A DNA stretch of 64,000 nucleotides. It comes from Mobula hypostoma (Eukaryota). Made by a program: the position numbers and the translations under genes. Shown piece by piece: positions 51,414 through 64,000 of the stretch. The stretch covers positions 1,984,001-2,048,000 of the forward strand of contig NC_086098.1 in assembly GCF_963921235.1 (NCBI RefSeq). The letters are read 5' to 3'. The first letter of the stretch is position 1; every line of letters starts with the position of its first letter. The notes beneath the pieces were generated by a model, which saw only the letters and a list, made by a program, of their open reading frames with translations, did no database searches and was not told where the DNA came from.

Positions 51414-52934
51414 CTGTAAATTTTAAAATGCAGCGAACAGATTCAGATGGAGATTTCAGACATCTAGCTAGGTTTTAACCATTATGCAATGATTCTCAGT
51501 GAAAGAAGATCTGACTATTTGATCATATATTCACCTTTGTAAGTCGAACTATTCAAGTATTGCATTTGTGTGGATTTTGTTGTTTTATAATTAAAGAATA
51601 GAGAAGAGTTCCTTTGATCTGAAGATCAAAGCTGTTCATTTCATTCATCCTAACAAGATGGATCACTGCTCACTACTGAAACTGCACTGCGGCGGACAGG
51701 AAGGCTCTTCAACACGTAGTCAAAGCCACCCAACTCATCGCTAGCATCAGCCTACCCGCTATCAAGGACATATTTACAGAAAGGTGCCAGAAAAGGGCCA
51801 GTAACACATGAAGGATCTCGCCACCTTGCTCGCGGACTGTTTGTCCCACTCCCATTAGGGAGGAGGCTATGTAGCATCCATGCCAGGACCACCAGACTCA
51901 GAGATAGTTACTTAACCCCAGCAGAAAGAATCAACACGTACACCCACTAACCCACCCACCAAACCCCCAAACACCACTACTTTATCATTTCCTGTCAGTT
52001 ATCCTGTGTCCTATCCTAGCCTGTGCCTGGCACAACCTTATCGACATAAAAATCAATCTACATATATAAGCTATCTTACATATTTGAATTTATTGTGTTT
52101 TTTATTATTGTGTTCTTTATCTTACTGTGATTTTTGTGCTACATCAGATCTGGAGTAACAAGTATTTCATTCTGATTTACACTTGTGTGCTGGAAATGAC
52201 ATTAGACAATCTAGAATCTCAGTTTCACTTGCCCTATCATTAACATGTGACTCTTAATTTCATTTTCTCAATATGTATTTGTTATTTATATATTATTGGT
52301 ATTTCTTTCTTTTTGTATTGGTTGAGGCAGGTTCGATGTTGTCATTTCAAGTTAAATTGGATAGATATATGGACAGGAAAGGAATGGAGGGTTATGGGCT
52401 GAGTGCAGGTCGGTGGGACTAGGTGAGAGTAAGAGTTTGGCACGGACTAGAAGGGCCGAGATGGCCTGTTTCCGTGCTGTAATTGTTATATGGTTATATG
52501 GTTATTTACATAATTTGTTGTCTTTTGCTCACTGGCTGAATACCCTCGTTGCTGTGGTCTTTCATTGATTCTATCATGAATATTATCCTATGGATTTATT
52601 GCGTATGCTTGCAAGAAAATGAATCTCAGGTTTGTAAATGGTGACATTTATGTACTCTGATAATAAATTGACTTTGAACTTTTATTAATCAGGCTTGGAT
52701 TTCCTTATATTCTCTTTGTTAAAAACCAGGTAGGTTTGCATGACAGGCTACCTTTGGTTATTTTTCATGACCCCCAGGTGCTTGGCTACACGTGGACAGT
52801 GTAATGGTGCAACCAATACCATGGCAGCTACAGCTCCAGCAACCTGAGATCAATACTGACCTCTGCTACAGTCTGTGTGGAGAACTGGCAACCTATCTCT
52901 GACCACACCGCAACCTCCAGTTATATCCATTATT

Positions 52935-53165
52935 AATTTGTTGGAGATATAGTGTGGAGCAGGGCATTTTGACCCACCGAGCCTCACCGCCCAGAAACCC
53001 ACAGAATTTTTAACCCTAGCCAAATTTACAATGGCCAATTAACCTACTAACCAGTACATCTTTGGACTGTGGGAGGAAACCCACACGCACCCGGGAAGGA
53101 ACGTAGAAACTTGCTCTCAGAGGATGTCCGAATTAGACTCCAAACTCCGACATCCTGAGCTATAA
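52935..53165 (-). mobile_element. tRNA-derived SINE, V-SINE/HE1-like
   Basis: Minus strand starts gggcaccacggctgcgtagcagttagcgtgatgc; central ttcctcccacagtccaaagatg. Confidence 0.75.
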
Positions 53166-54153
53166 TAGCATCACGCTAACTGCTACGCAGCCGTGGTGCC
53201 CCAAGTAAAATAAATCTCTAACTAGCATAAATAAAACACACATATAAGTTGAAGGTAAAATGGCATTTGTGAGTTTTCACTTCTGCCAGGTCCCAACAGT
53301 GATAGATGACAACAAGCAAGATGGGATATGCTATGGAACATTGCCAGGTTCGAAGTCGGCTTGGGTCCCATCATATTCAACAGGTGGCTGAGCAAGGGTC
53401 TCAGGGTCACGTTTGTGGTATGAAACAGAATTCTGGATAAGGACTAGAAAAAGAAAATCACGTCTCACTGCCAACATATTGCAGGTTCTTTAACCCTATT
53501 TAAACCTCTGTATGGAACATTTTTCAGAGCTCACAGCCAGGAGACTCACAAATAACAGATGTCTCGAGGGAACCAGAAGACTTTGACACAGGTAATATAA
53601 CAAAACGGTCTCCAATGCTTCACAATGATAGAGAATTAGATACGTAACAGCTGACAAAAACAGATGTGTTCAGTCCCATAACCAGATAGCAGACCAGTTG
53701 GAGGCTTTTAGGCACATGCACACACAAACTCTGGGCTTGGCGTAGAATACCATTATTTTTCAGTCACATTTCAGAGGTGTTCTTCCTGACTGGCAAGCGG
53801 CCAGATTTGCTGAGGCTGCATTATGATATCAAATGTTCTTCACAAGTTCAAATGCAAATGAGGCGCTTCCTGTTTGCTTCACCAGATGACACGATGCTGG
53901 TAGGGGGGCGAGGGGAGAAGACATTAAAGTAGTGCACTTGTTTTCTTGTTTACTGCTTGACCTTTGTTTGACAGAAGAGTACAAACTCACAAGGATTTGC
54001 ACAAGTGAAAACTCGATTTAACTCTATATCATTTTAGATATAACTAATAACAGATAGAATAGAACAATAGATTCAGTCAAAAAGCTACAGAGATCATGTG
54101 CAGTTTTTCATTGATTCTATAATATTTCTTCATTCTACTGTGAATGCCTCTAA

Positions 54154-54415
54154 GGGCGACACAGCAGCATGGCAGTTAGCACAACTCTATATAGCGCCAT
54201 TGATTGGGGTTCAGTTCCTGCGCTGTCTGTAAGGAGTTCATATGTTCTCCCCATGACCGTGTGGGTTTCCTCTGGGTGTTTCCATTTCCTCCCACATTCC
54301 AAAGTCATATGGCTAGTAGGTTAATTGGTCACATGGGTATAATTGGGTGGTGCAGGCTTATTTGCCCATATTGACTTGTTACTGTGCTGTATCTCAAATT
54401 AAAATTAAATTTAAA
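54154..54415 (+). mobile_element. tRNA-derived SINE, V-SINE/HE1-like
   Basis: gggcgacacagcagcatggcagttagc head, ggggttcagttcc B box, ttcctcccacattccaaag core. Confidence 0.75.
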
Positions 54416-55269
54416 AAATTAATCTCAGGGTAGTATATAGTAATATAGACATAGTTTGATAATAAATTCACTTTGAAATTTGACCAAAGAGTGTTGTGAC
54501 ACGGCAATTGCACAATTATTTCATGTGATTATTTGTTTTAATATTTCTTTGATTAAATCTCTCCATGGGACACCTTGTAAATTTACAAATCAGTGACAAG
54601 TAAAATGGCTTCCATCCAACAGTTTTTGGCTACTAGTCAGTGTTTGTGCCAGTTGATTGACTTGTGCCAAAGAGTTATTGAAATGACAAAATGTGAGTTA
54701 TTGCTTGAAGTCATGGTGCAGGTGAAACCTCTTGCATCTTCCAGACGAAGGTCGAGGCTCACCTCTGTGTCATTCACATCAGTGAGAATGGAGACTTGAA
54801 CCAGTCATATGTACGACAACACAAAAAAGAAATCTGTTCTATCTGGCAGCTTGGCATGGAGTGTTTCCGGATGAATATGTAAATTGGTTGAGGAGAACTT
54901 TAACGCCAAACGGTTTTTTTCACCTGAGGGTGCTCGGAGAGAAGGAAGGAAGAACTGTTGCTGTGCCAGCAGTTAAAAGGACCATCCTGCCTGTCATATG
55001 CTGATAATGAACTGTTAAGCAAGAGGAAAATTAATGCAAGGCCTGTTCACAAACCCCTGTTACATGGTTAGCTTTGTGCTTGAAGGTAATGGCGGTGCAG
55101 TTGGGGGTGGAACCAATTGTTTGGGGGGGTGGTACCAACTGGAAGAAGTGAAAAAATAATAAAACTACAATAGATTTGCAAACTTTTTTGTACAAATGCA
55201 CAGCACACAGAGGGTGCCTTGCCTCTGAAATAAGTAATTAAATCTTACTACTGATGCTGGAACGTAGCC

Positions 55270-55485
55270 ATGGGTATGCTTGGGGTTAATATCAAGGCCA
55301 ACCTGAAGAAATTCAACTTCACATCTAAAAACTGGGAAGACAGTGCACTCAACAGATACACCTGGAGGAGATCTGTTCAAAGGGAACTGCACTACATGAG
55401 AACAACTTCTGCTGTAACAGAGAGAAAATGCGGCTGCTGTGAAAGGAGAGACTGGACAACCAGAAGACCCAATCACTAACCATAG
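55270..55485 (+). mobile_element. RTE-clade LINE 3' remnant
   Basis: IKANLKKFNFTSKNWEDSALNRYTWRRSV resembles the RTE C-terminal WE..A.DR..WR motif. Confidence 0.65.
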
Positions 55486-55494
55486 CCACCACTA

Positions 55495-55646
55495 CAGTCA
55501 ACCTTCACTAATTCAACTACCTGTAATCTGGTTCCTTTGATAATCTGGCACTGATTATGCTTAATGTGATCCTTCTGTAATTCGGCATTTTCACTAATCC
55601 GGCACTATCAGGTCCCAATGGTGCTGGATTAGTGAAGGTCGACCTA
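55495..55646. mobile_element. Tigger/pogo-like MITE (~150 bp)
   Basis: TIRs cagtcaaccttcactaat / attagtgaaggtcgacct, TA flanks, internal taat(c/t)(c/t)gg repeats. Confidence 0.7.
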
Positions 55647-55909
55647 TACTTACTCTTGGCCACACTGCACCAGAATACGTAGATCCCAGATCAGGCTTTA
55701 CAGCCACCTGGGGACCCACCAATAGACAACCCCTCAGGATAACATCATATTCGGCAGCAGTGCATGGTTCAATGTCCTGTACATGTGACAAACACGTAAA
55801 GTTGATCTTTATCTTTGTGCTTCCTTGATCACAGCCCCAGCTGGTGGACCAGGTGATTGCAAGAAAAAGCTCACAAAGTCTACCTCTGTTTTGTACATTT
55901 GTGACGAAC

Positions 55910-57878
55910 GCTCCATGGCCACTTTACAACCTGTACCTCCTGTATCAACTAAAGCAGCCCCTGAGAGGATGTTTGTGGTCTTCTGCTTCTGCCGTCCATC
56001 CACTTCAAGATTTGATGTGTTGTACGATCTGAGACGCTCTTCTACATTAGTGAATAATAAATATTATATTATTCACTATAATATCGTATGGTTATTTGAG
56101 TTACTGTCACCTTCTTGTCAGCTTGAAACAGTCTGCCATTCTCCTCTGACCTCTCTTGCTAACAATACACTTTTGCCCACAGATCTGCCACTCAGGATGA
56201 CTTTTGTTTCTTGCATCATTCTCTGTAAACTGCTCCACCATTGTCCCTGTACCAAAAAAGACCAAGGTAACATGCCTGAACGACTGGCGTCCTGTCACAC
56301 TCACATCAATAATAAGCATTAAGAGGCTGGTCAAGGATTACATCAGTTGTGTCGGTAGGTGAATTGTAGGTGGACCAGTTTGCTACCACCCAGACTGGAC
56401 CACCTACAATTCACCTACCGACACAACCGATCGACGATGCAATAGCCACTACTCTACATACCATCCTGACACATCTGGAGAAGAAGAATGCTTATGTGAG
56501 AATGCTGTTCTTGGACTACATTTCAGCATTCAACACCATAGTTCCATCCAGGCTCAACAAGAAACTCAGAGACCTCGGACTTGACCATGCCTTGTGCAGC
56601 GGGATCCTGGACATCCGATCAGATCGCCAGCAGGTTGTAACAGTGCGCTGTTCCCCTCCACCGCTCTGACTCTCAATACAGGAGCCCCTCAGGGCTGGTT
56701 ACTAAGTCCCCTCCTTTACTCCCTGTATACACATGACTGTATCGCCACCCACAGCTCTAATCAGCTAATTAAATTTGCCGATGACACTACATTGATTGGC
56801 TTTATCTCAAACAAAACGAGGTGGCCTACAAGGAAGAAGTTATCTCTCTGACACAGTGGTGTCAGGAAAACAACTTCTCCCTCAATGTCACAAAAACAAA
56901 GGAGCTGGTTGTGGATTACAGGTGGAGTGGAGACGGGCTAACCTCTATTGATATCAATGGATCTGGGGTTGAGAAGGTAAACAGCTTTAAGTTCCTCAGC
57001 ATCCACATCACCGAGGACCTCACGTGGTCTGTACACACCAGCTGTGTGGTGAAAAAGGCACAACAGTGCCTCTTTCACCTCAGATGGTTCAGAAGTTTGG
57101 TGTGGGCCCCCAAATCCTAAGAACTTTCTACAGGGGCACCATTGAGAGCATCCTGACTGGCTGCATCACTGCCTGGTATGGGAACTGTACTTCCCTTAAT
57201 CGCAGGACTCTGCAGAGAATGGTGCGGACAGCCCAGCAGATCTGTAGTTGTGAACTTCCCATGATTCAGGACATTTACAAAGACAGGTGTGAGAAAAGGG
57301 CTTGTAGCATCACTGGGGACCTGAGTCGCCCCAACCACAAACTGTTCCAGCTGCTACCATCTGGGAAATGGTACCACAGCATAAAAACCAGGACCAGCAG
57401 GATCCAGACAGCTTCTTCCACCAGGCCATCAGATTGATTAACTCACACTGATTTAAGTGTACTCTATATTACATTGACTGTTCTATTTATTATAAATTAT
57501 TATAAATTACTTTGATTCCACATTGCATATTTAGGCGGAGATGTAACGTGAAGATTTTTACTCCTCATGTAGGTGAAGGATGTAAAAAATAAAGTCAATT
57601 CAATTCAATTCAAAACTCTAGAGACCGTTGTGCATGAAAATCTGATGATATCAGCAGTTTTTGGGAGACACCCCATCTGGCACCAACAATCATTCCACAG
57701 TCAGAGTCACTTAGATCACATTTCTTCCCCATTCTGATCTTCAGTCTGAACACAACTGAACCTTCGGACCATGTCTGCATGCTTTTGTGCATTGAGTCAC
57801 TGCTGCATGATTGACTGATTAGATATTTGCATTAATGAGCAGGTGTACAGGTGTACCTGATTAAATGACCACTGAGTG
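55910..57878 (-). mobile_element. Tc1-like non-autonomous element split by Rex1
   Basis: MGKKCDLSDSDCGMIVGAR on minus; TIR ending ...ccactgagtg at 57878; another partial copy at 37345-37510. Confidence 0.8.
56232..57612 (+). mobile_element. Degraded Rex1/Babar LINE, 3' half
   Basis: YVRMLFLDYISAFNTI, GAPQG..LSPLLYSLYTHDC, KFADDTT; (CAATT)n tail; AAACT TSD at 56227-31 and 57613-17. Confidence 0.9.
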
Positions 57879-57976
57879 TTTTTACATGGTGTATAGTGCA
57901 CGGTAACATGCAATAAAAGACATATTTTGATGCATTAGAAAACTGCAAACATAAAATTTTAAGTTAATGAAAGTTA

Positions 57977-60900
57977 ATAGAAACATAGAAAACCTACAGC
58001 ACAATACAGGCCCTTCGGTCCACAATGCTGTGCCGAACATGTACTTACTTTAGAAATTACCTAGGGTTACCCATAGTCCTCTATTTTTCTAAGATCCATG
58101 TACCTATCCAAGAATCTCTCAAAAGACCCTATTGTATCTGCCTCCACCACCGTCGCCAGCAGACCAATCCATGCACTCACCACTCCTTGCGTAAAAAAAT
58201 TACCCCGACATCTCTTCTATACCTACTTCCAAGCACCTTAAAACGGTGCCCTCTCGTGTTAATCACTTCAGCCTTGAGAAAAAGCCTCTAACTATCCACA
58301 TGATCAATGCCTCTATCAGGTCATCTTTCATCCTCGGTCGGTCCAAGCAGAAAAGGCCAAGTTCACTCAAGCTGTTCTCATAAGGCATGCTCCCCAATGC
58401 AGGCAACATCCTTGTAAATCTCCTCTGCACCCTTTCTATGGCTTCCACATCCTTCCTGTAGTGAGGCGACCAGAACTGAGCATAGTACTCCAAGTGGGGT
58501 CTAACCAGGGTCCTATACAGCTGTAACATTACCTCTCGGCTCTTGAAATCAATCCCACGATTTGATAAAGGCCAATACATTGTATGCCTTCTTAACCACA
58601 CAGTCAATCAGTGCAAGAGTTTTGAGTGTCCTATGGACTCTGACCCCAAGATCCCTCTGATCCTCCACACTGCCAAGAGTCTTGCCATTAATACTATATT
58701 CTGCCATCATATTTGACTTACCAAAATGAACCACCTCACACTTATCTGGGTTGAACTCCATCTGCCACTTCTCAGCCCAGTTTTTCATCCTATCAATGTC
58801 CCGTTGTAACCTCTGACAGCCTTCCACACTATCCACAACCTTTATGTCATCAGCAAATTTACTAACCCATCCCTCCACTTCCTCATCCCGGTCATTTATA
58901 AAAATCACGGAGTAAGAGTCCCAGAACAGATCCCTGAGGCACTCCACTAGTCACTGACCTCCATGAAGAATATGACCCGTCTACAACCACTCTTTGCCTT
59001 CTGTGGGCAAGCCCGTTCTGGATCCACAAAGCAATTTCCCCTTGGATCCCAGGCCTCCTACTTTCTCAATAAGCCTTGCGTGGGGTACCTTATCAAATGC
59101 CTTGCTGAAATCCATATACACTACACCTACTGCTCTACCTTCATCAATGTGTTTAGTCACATTCTCAAAAAATCCAATCAGGTTCATAGGCATGAGCTGC
59201 CTTTGACAAAGCCATGTTAACTATTCCTAATCATATTATGCCTCTCCAAGTGTTCATAAATCCTGCCTCTCAGGATCTTCTCTATCAACTTACCGACCAC
59301 TGAAGTAAGACTCATTGGTCTATAATTTCCGGGGCTATCTCTACTCCCTTTCTTGAATAAGGGAACAATATCTGCAACCCTCCAATCCTCCAGAACCTCT
59401 CCCATCCCTATTGATGATGGAAAGATCATTGCCAGAGTCTCAGCAATCTCCTCCCTCACATCCCACATTCCCTGGGGTATATTTGGTCTGGTCCTGGTGA
59501 CTTATCCAACTTGATGCTTTCCAAAAACTCCAGCACATCCTCTTTCTTAATATCTATATGCTCAAGCTTTTTAGTCTCCTGTAAGTCATCCTTACAATCG
59601 TAAAGATCCTTTTCCGTAGCAAATACTGAAGCAAAGTACTCATTAAGTACCTGTGCTACCTCCTCCAGTTCCATACACACTTTTCTACTGTCACATTTGA
59701 TTGGTTTTTTTGAACCTTTTTTAAGCTTTTCTTGTCTTCCTGTCTAGATTTTCTACAATCTTGGTACACCATGGTTCCTGTACCTTACCATCCTTTCCCT
59801 GTCTCATTGGAACATACCTATACAGAATGCCACGCAAATATCCCCTGAATATTTGCCACATTTCTGCTGTACACTTCCCTACGAACATCTGCTCCCAATT
59901 TATGCCTCCATGTTCCTGCCTGATAGCTTCATATTTCCCCTTACTCCAATTAAACACTTTTCTGACTTCTCTGCTCCTACCCTCTCCAATGTTATGGTAA
60001 AGGAGATAGAATTGTGATCACTATCTCCAAAATGCTCTCCCACTGAGAGACCTGACACCTGACCAGGTTCATTTCCCAATACCAGATCAAGTACAGCCTC
60101 TCCTCTTGTAGGCTTATCCACATATTGTATTAGGAAACCTTCCTGAACACACCTAACAAACTCCATCCCATCTAAACCCCTTGCTCTCAGGAGATGCCAA
60201 TCAATATTGGGTAAATTAAAATCTCCCATCGCGACAACCCTGTTATTATTGCACCGTTCCAGTATCTGTCTCCCTATCTGCTCGTCGATGTCCCTGTTAC
60301 TATTGCGTGATCTATAAAAACACTCAGTAGAGTTATTAAGCCCTTCCTGCTTCTAACCTCCACCCACAGAGACTCAGTGGACAATCCCTCAATGACTTCC
60401 TCCTTTTCTGCAGCCGTGACACTATCTCTAATCAGCAGTGCCACGCCTCCACCTCTTTTGCCTCCCTCCCTGTCCTTTCTGAAACATCTAAAGCCTGGCA
60501 CTCGAAGTAACCATTCCTGTCCCTGAGCCATCCAATTCTCTGTAATGGCCACCACACCATAGCTCCAAGTGCTGATTGATCCACACTCTAAGCTCATCCG
60601 CTTTGTTCATGATACTCCTTGCATTAAAATAGACACATCTCAAACCATTGGTCTGAATGTATCCCTTCTCTATCACCTGCCTATCCTCCCTCTTGCACTG
60701 TCTCTAAGCTTTCTCTACTTGTGAGCCAACACCCCCTTCCTCCGTCTCTTTAGTTTGGTTCCCACCCTCCAGAAATTCTAATTTAAACTCACCCCAATAG
60801 CCCTCGCAAACCTCCCTGCCAGGATATTGGTCTCCTTCAGATTCAATTGCAACCGGTCCTTTTTGTACAGGTCACGCCTGCCCCAATGATCTAGAAATCT

Positions 60901-61600
60901 GAATCCCTGCTCCCTGTTCCAATCCCTCAGCCAAGCATTTATCCCCCACCTCACTCTATTCCTTTTCTCATTGTCACGTGGCACAGGCAGTAATCCCGAG
61001 ATTACTACACTTGTGGTCCTGCTTCTCAACTTCCTTCCTAACTCCCTGTAGTCTGTTTTCAGGACCTCCTCCCTTTTCCTCCCTATGTCTTTGGTACCAA
61101 TATGTACCACGACCTCTGGCTGTTCACCTTCCCTCTTCAGGATATCGTGGAGGTGATTAGAAACATCCTGGATCCTGGCACCTGGGAGGCAAACTACCAT
61201 CCGTGTTTCTTTCCTGCGTCCACAGAATCACCTGTCTGACCTCCTAACTATAGAGTCCCCTATCACTGCTGCCTTCTTCCTTTCCCTATCCTCCTGAGCC
61301 ACAGGGCCAGACTCTGTGCCAGAGGCACGGCCACTGTCGCTTCCCCCAGGTAGCTCCCCCACCCCCAGCAGTACTCAAACAGAAGTATTTATTGTTAAGG
61401 GGAACAACCAAAGGAGCTGCCAAAGTATCTGACTCTTCCCTTTCCCTCTTCTGACAGTTACCTACTTGTCTGCCTCCTGTGGCCCTGGTGTGGCCACCTG
61501 TCTGTAACTCCTCTCTATCACCTCCTCACTTTCCCTGACCAGACAAAGGTATCGAGCTGCAGCTCCAGTTCCCTAACACGGTCACTAAGGAGCTGCGGCT
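57977..61600 (-). mobile_element. Near full-length inactivated CR1 LINE
   Basis: ORF1 esterase (VVCLPGARIQDV...VVVHIGTKD), endonuclease (YFNARSI, GDFNLP, DSDHNS), RT and tail; many frameshifts. Confidence 0.92.
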
Positions 61601-61765
61601 TAAATAAAGGAACTGAAGTTCTTAAATAAAAGAACTTATTGAAATTTGCCCCCAATAATGAATGTTACATTCGTGCCATTATTATTGCAAATGATACAAA
61701 AGTCTATGACTATGTAAAATGAAATAGCCTTTAGGATAATTACTCTGGAGTTATAATTAAAGCTG

Positions 61766-62240
61766 GAGGTGTATGGGGTGTCCAGGGAGGGGTAGCAGCT
61801 CTGGTGAAGGGGCTCGTCATGTCCTCTCCAGGGCAGCTCACTCACCTTTGGTCCCCGCCGGACACCCAGCTCTCACCTGTGGCTCTAAGTAACTGCAGCT
61901 ATATCCTGGTACGGGCGGGCTGAAGCAGGTGAGGTAGCTGGCAGCCCCATACCCTGGTGAGATGGGGACATATGCAAAGTCAGCTCTGGTGGGCGAGGCA
62001 GGTGAGCTCAAATGGCCAGGAAGGTGGTTCTATAATGCTCCGTGGAGAGCGAAGGACAGAGTCATCATCATCCACTGCCAAGCAAGACCCCAGTTGTGAT
62101 ACTTGTTCATACAACTGGGCCTGGACCTCCAGGGATGAGAGAGTGGAATGTTTTTTTTCACCTCAATATCTCTCCCGAACAGGTCTCCTGTCATTGTTAG
62201 ATGTGACTGACAGCCAACATTTTCATCAGGAGTGTAGAGA
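61766..62240 (+). mobile_element. Diverged relative of the 49606 element with a degenerate HDV-like fold
   Basis: Shared ggtgtatggggtgtc(c)agggaggggtagca start and cagctctcacctgtggctc; P2 CUCACCUG/CAGGUGAG is perfect. Confidence 0.75.
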
Positions 62241-62810
62241 GAGTACAGAGGTGGGCTAAGCACATATCCTTAAGGTGCGCCTGTTGATTGTCACTGAGGA
62301 GGAGATGTTATCACTGATTCAAACTGACTGGTCTCCCAATGAGTAAGAAATAAACACAAGGATGAGTCAGAGACAAGTATGACCCAGAGTCAATCTCAGA
62401 CGTGAAACTCCAGTAACACTGTAATACGACAGACAACAATACAATTAAAGGTAATATTAAAAGCTATAGGCTTGTTCAGTACTACAGAATATCAATAGTC
62501 CTTAATAGCTGTCACTAAATTCTAATTACAGCCATCTGCCAATCCCAGAGGAAGCAACTCTAATTATCAGGAGCAGACTGTGCTTCAGTCCAAACTCACT
62601 GGTTTTTTAAAGCCTCTGTTGTCAGTTTTCAGCTGAAAAAATGGGCCAACAGGAAACGCTCAAGCATAACAGCATCAACAAGGAGAGTCAGGTTGACTTC
62701 TGGGCACGCCTGGCGCACTTGATACGTAGGTGTATTATTTCAGACATTAGCTCACTTTAACTACATATAATCAATCTATATTTAGTTATTTATTGATTTA
62801 TATGGTTTTT

Positions 62811-63346
62811 GAAGGTTGTTATAGGCAGGGGTGGTAATGGGGATGAGCTCCCACTACCTACTGAATACTCCCAATGGCGTGTGTCTCAAATAACCTCTGA
62901 CAACCGAGTCCAACTCCTGGCTTTCACGTGCGGCTTAGCTACTAAGCCCAGCGGAACTGTTTCTACTGACAGAAGAAGGGGCAAAAGTGGGTTCCTGGTG
63001 CCTTAAAATCAGTCATATTGGGCAGATGGGGCTTGTCAGCCATGGTTGGCAGCTAAGCTAGGAGAAGGGAAACCCTGATCTCAAACCTCTGCTACCTTCG
63101 GGGAAGGCTTCAGGAGTAAACCCTGAGGGAATGATCCAGTGCTGGAGTCCCTAAGGCAGTCCTACATTGATTTCAAAGCTGACTGGCAACTCCTGCGATG
63201 CTGCTGGGACCAAACTGTATCGGTCTCTGCTGTTGCTTTGGGTTCATCAGATGTGGGAAGCTTGCTCTGCATATTGTACTGCCCAGGCTTGCCTATCTCG
63301 GTAGCTAGGACGCAATATCCACCGTCAACTCTGACTGACGGAGGCC
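62811..63346 (+). mobile_element. Non-coding short retroelement, probably RTE-UTR-derived
   Basis: GC-richer structured insert with ctaggagaagggaaaccctg motif and terminal hairpin ccgtca...tgacgg; interrupts an AT-rich Rex1-like 3' UTR. Confidence 0.5.
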
Positions 63347-63617
63347 TGTGCCATGATATATATACACTGCATATAAGCCGTCTTATGCATTTACTGTATT
63401 TTTATATTTTTTATTATTGAGTTCTTTATCTTATTGTGCTTTTATTGTGCTGCATCAGATCTACAGTAACAATTATTTTGTTCTCCTTTATATTTTATAC
63501 ACTGGAGATAACATTAAACAATTCAAGATTTCAGTTTCAAAATTGTTTAATGTCATTTGCAGTACACAAGTGTAAAGGAGAATGAAATTATTGTTACTTT
63601 AGATTTGATGCAGCACA

Positions 63618-64000
63618 AAACTGGCTTGCCCACAGACGGTGACCAGTGGAGTGCCTCAGGGATCTGCTCTGGGACCCCTTCTCTTTGTAATGTTTATAAA
63701 GGACCTGGATGAGGAAGTGGAGGGATGAGTTAGTAAATTTGCTGATGACACAAAGGTTGGGGGTGTTGTGGATAGTGTGGAGGGCTGTCAGAGGTTACAA
63801 TGGGATATTGATAGGATGCAAAACAGGACTGAGAAGTGGCAGATGGAGTTCAACCCAGATAAGTGTGAGGTGGTTAATTTTGGTAGGTCAAATATGATGG
63901 CAAAATATAGTATTAATGGCAAGACTCTCGGCAGTGTGGAGGATCTTGGGCTCCAAGTCCATAGGACATCAAAGCTGCTACGCAGGTTGACTCTCTGATT
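63618..64000 (+). mobile_element. CR1 RT fragment running off the window
   Basis: [30 protein letters not shown]. Confidence 0.9.

Overview
This is not a prokaryotic locus. It is a very repeat-dense vertebrate intronic or intergenic region, most likely from a cartilaginous fish (shark or ray), inferred from the repeat families: CR1 LINEs with (TTTCTATG)n or (TCTTATGG)n tails, V-SINE/HE1-like tRNA SINEs, Rex1/Babar LINEs, Neptune-type Penelope-like elements (PLEs) and Tc1-derived elements. Nearly every long ORF is a retrotransposon reading frame or its antisense shadow. No host gene is recognisable, only a few short candidate exons. Many nested insertions can be resolved by their target-site duplications (TSDs). 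The most interesting signals are RNA structures. (1) A non-coding ~0.7 kb retroelement (49606-50303) begins exactly at the first nucleotide of an HDV-like self-cleaving ribozyme fold with an unusual hairpin inserted in L3, and a degenerate sister copy lies at ~61766. (2) About a dozen minimal hammerhead ribozyme motifs sit in PLE terminal repeats, several in tail-out palindromes that inserted as units. (3) A Tc1-derived family ends in a ~58-nt double-TIR hairpin whose loop occurs in both orientations. All family assignments are by eye from motifs, without database searches, and boundaries of old degraded copies are approximate.
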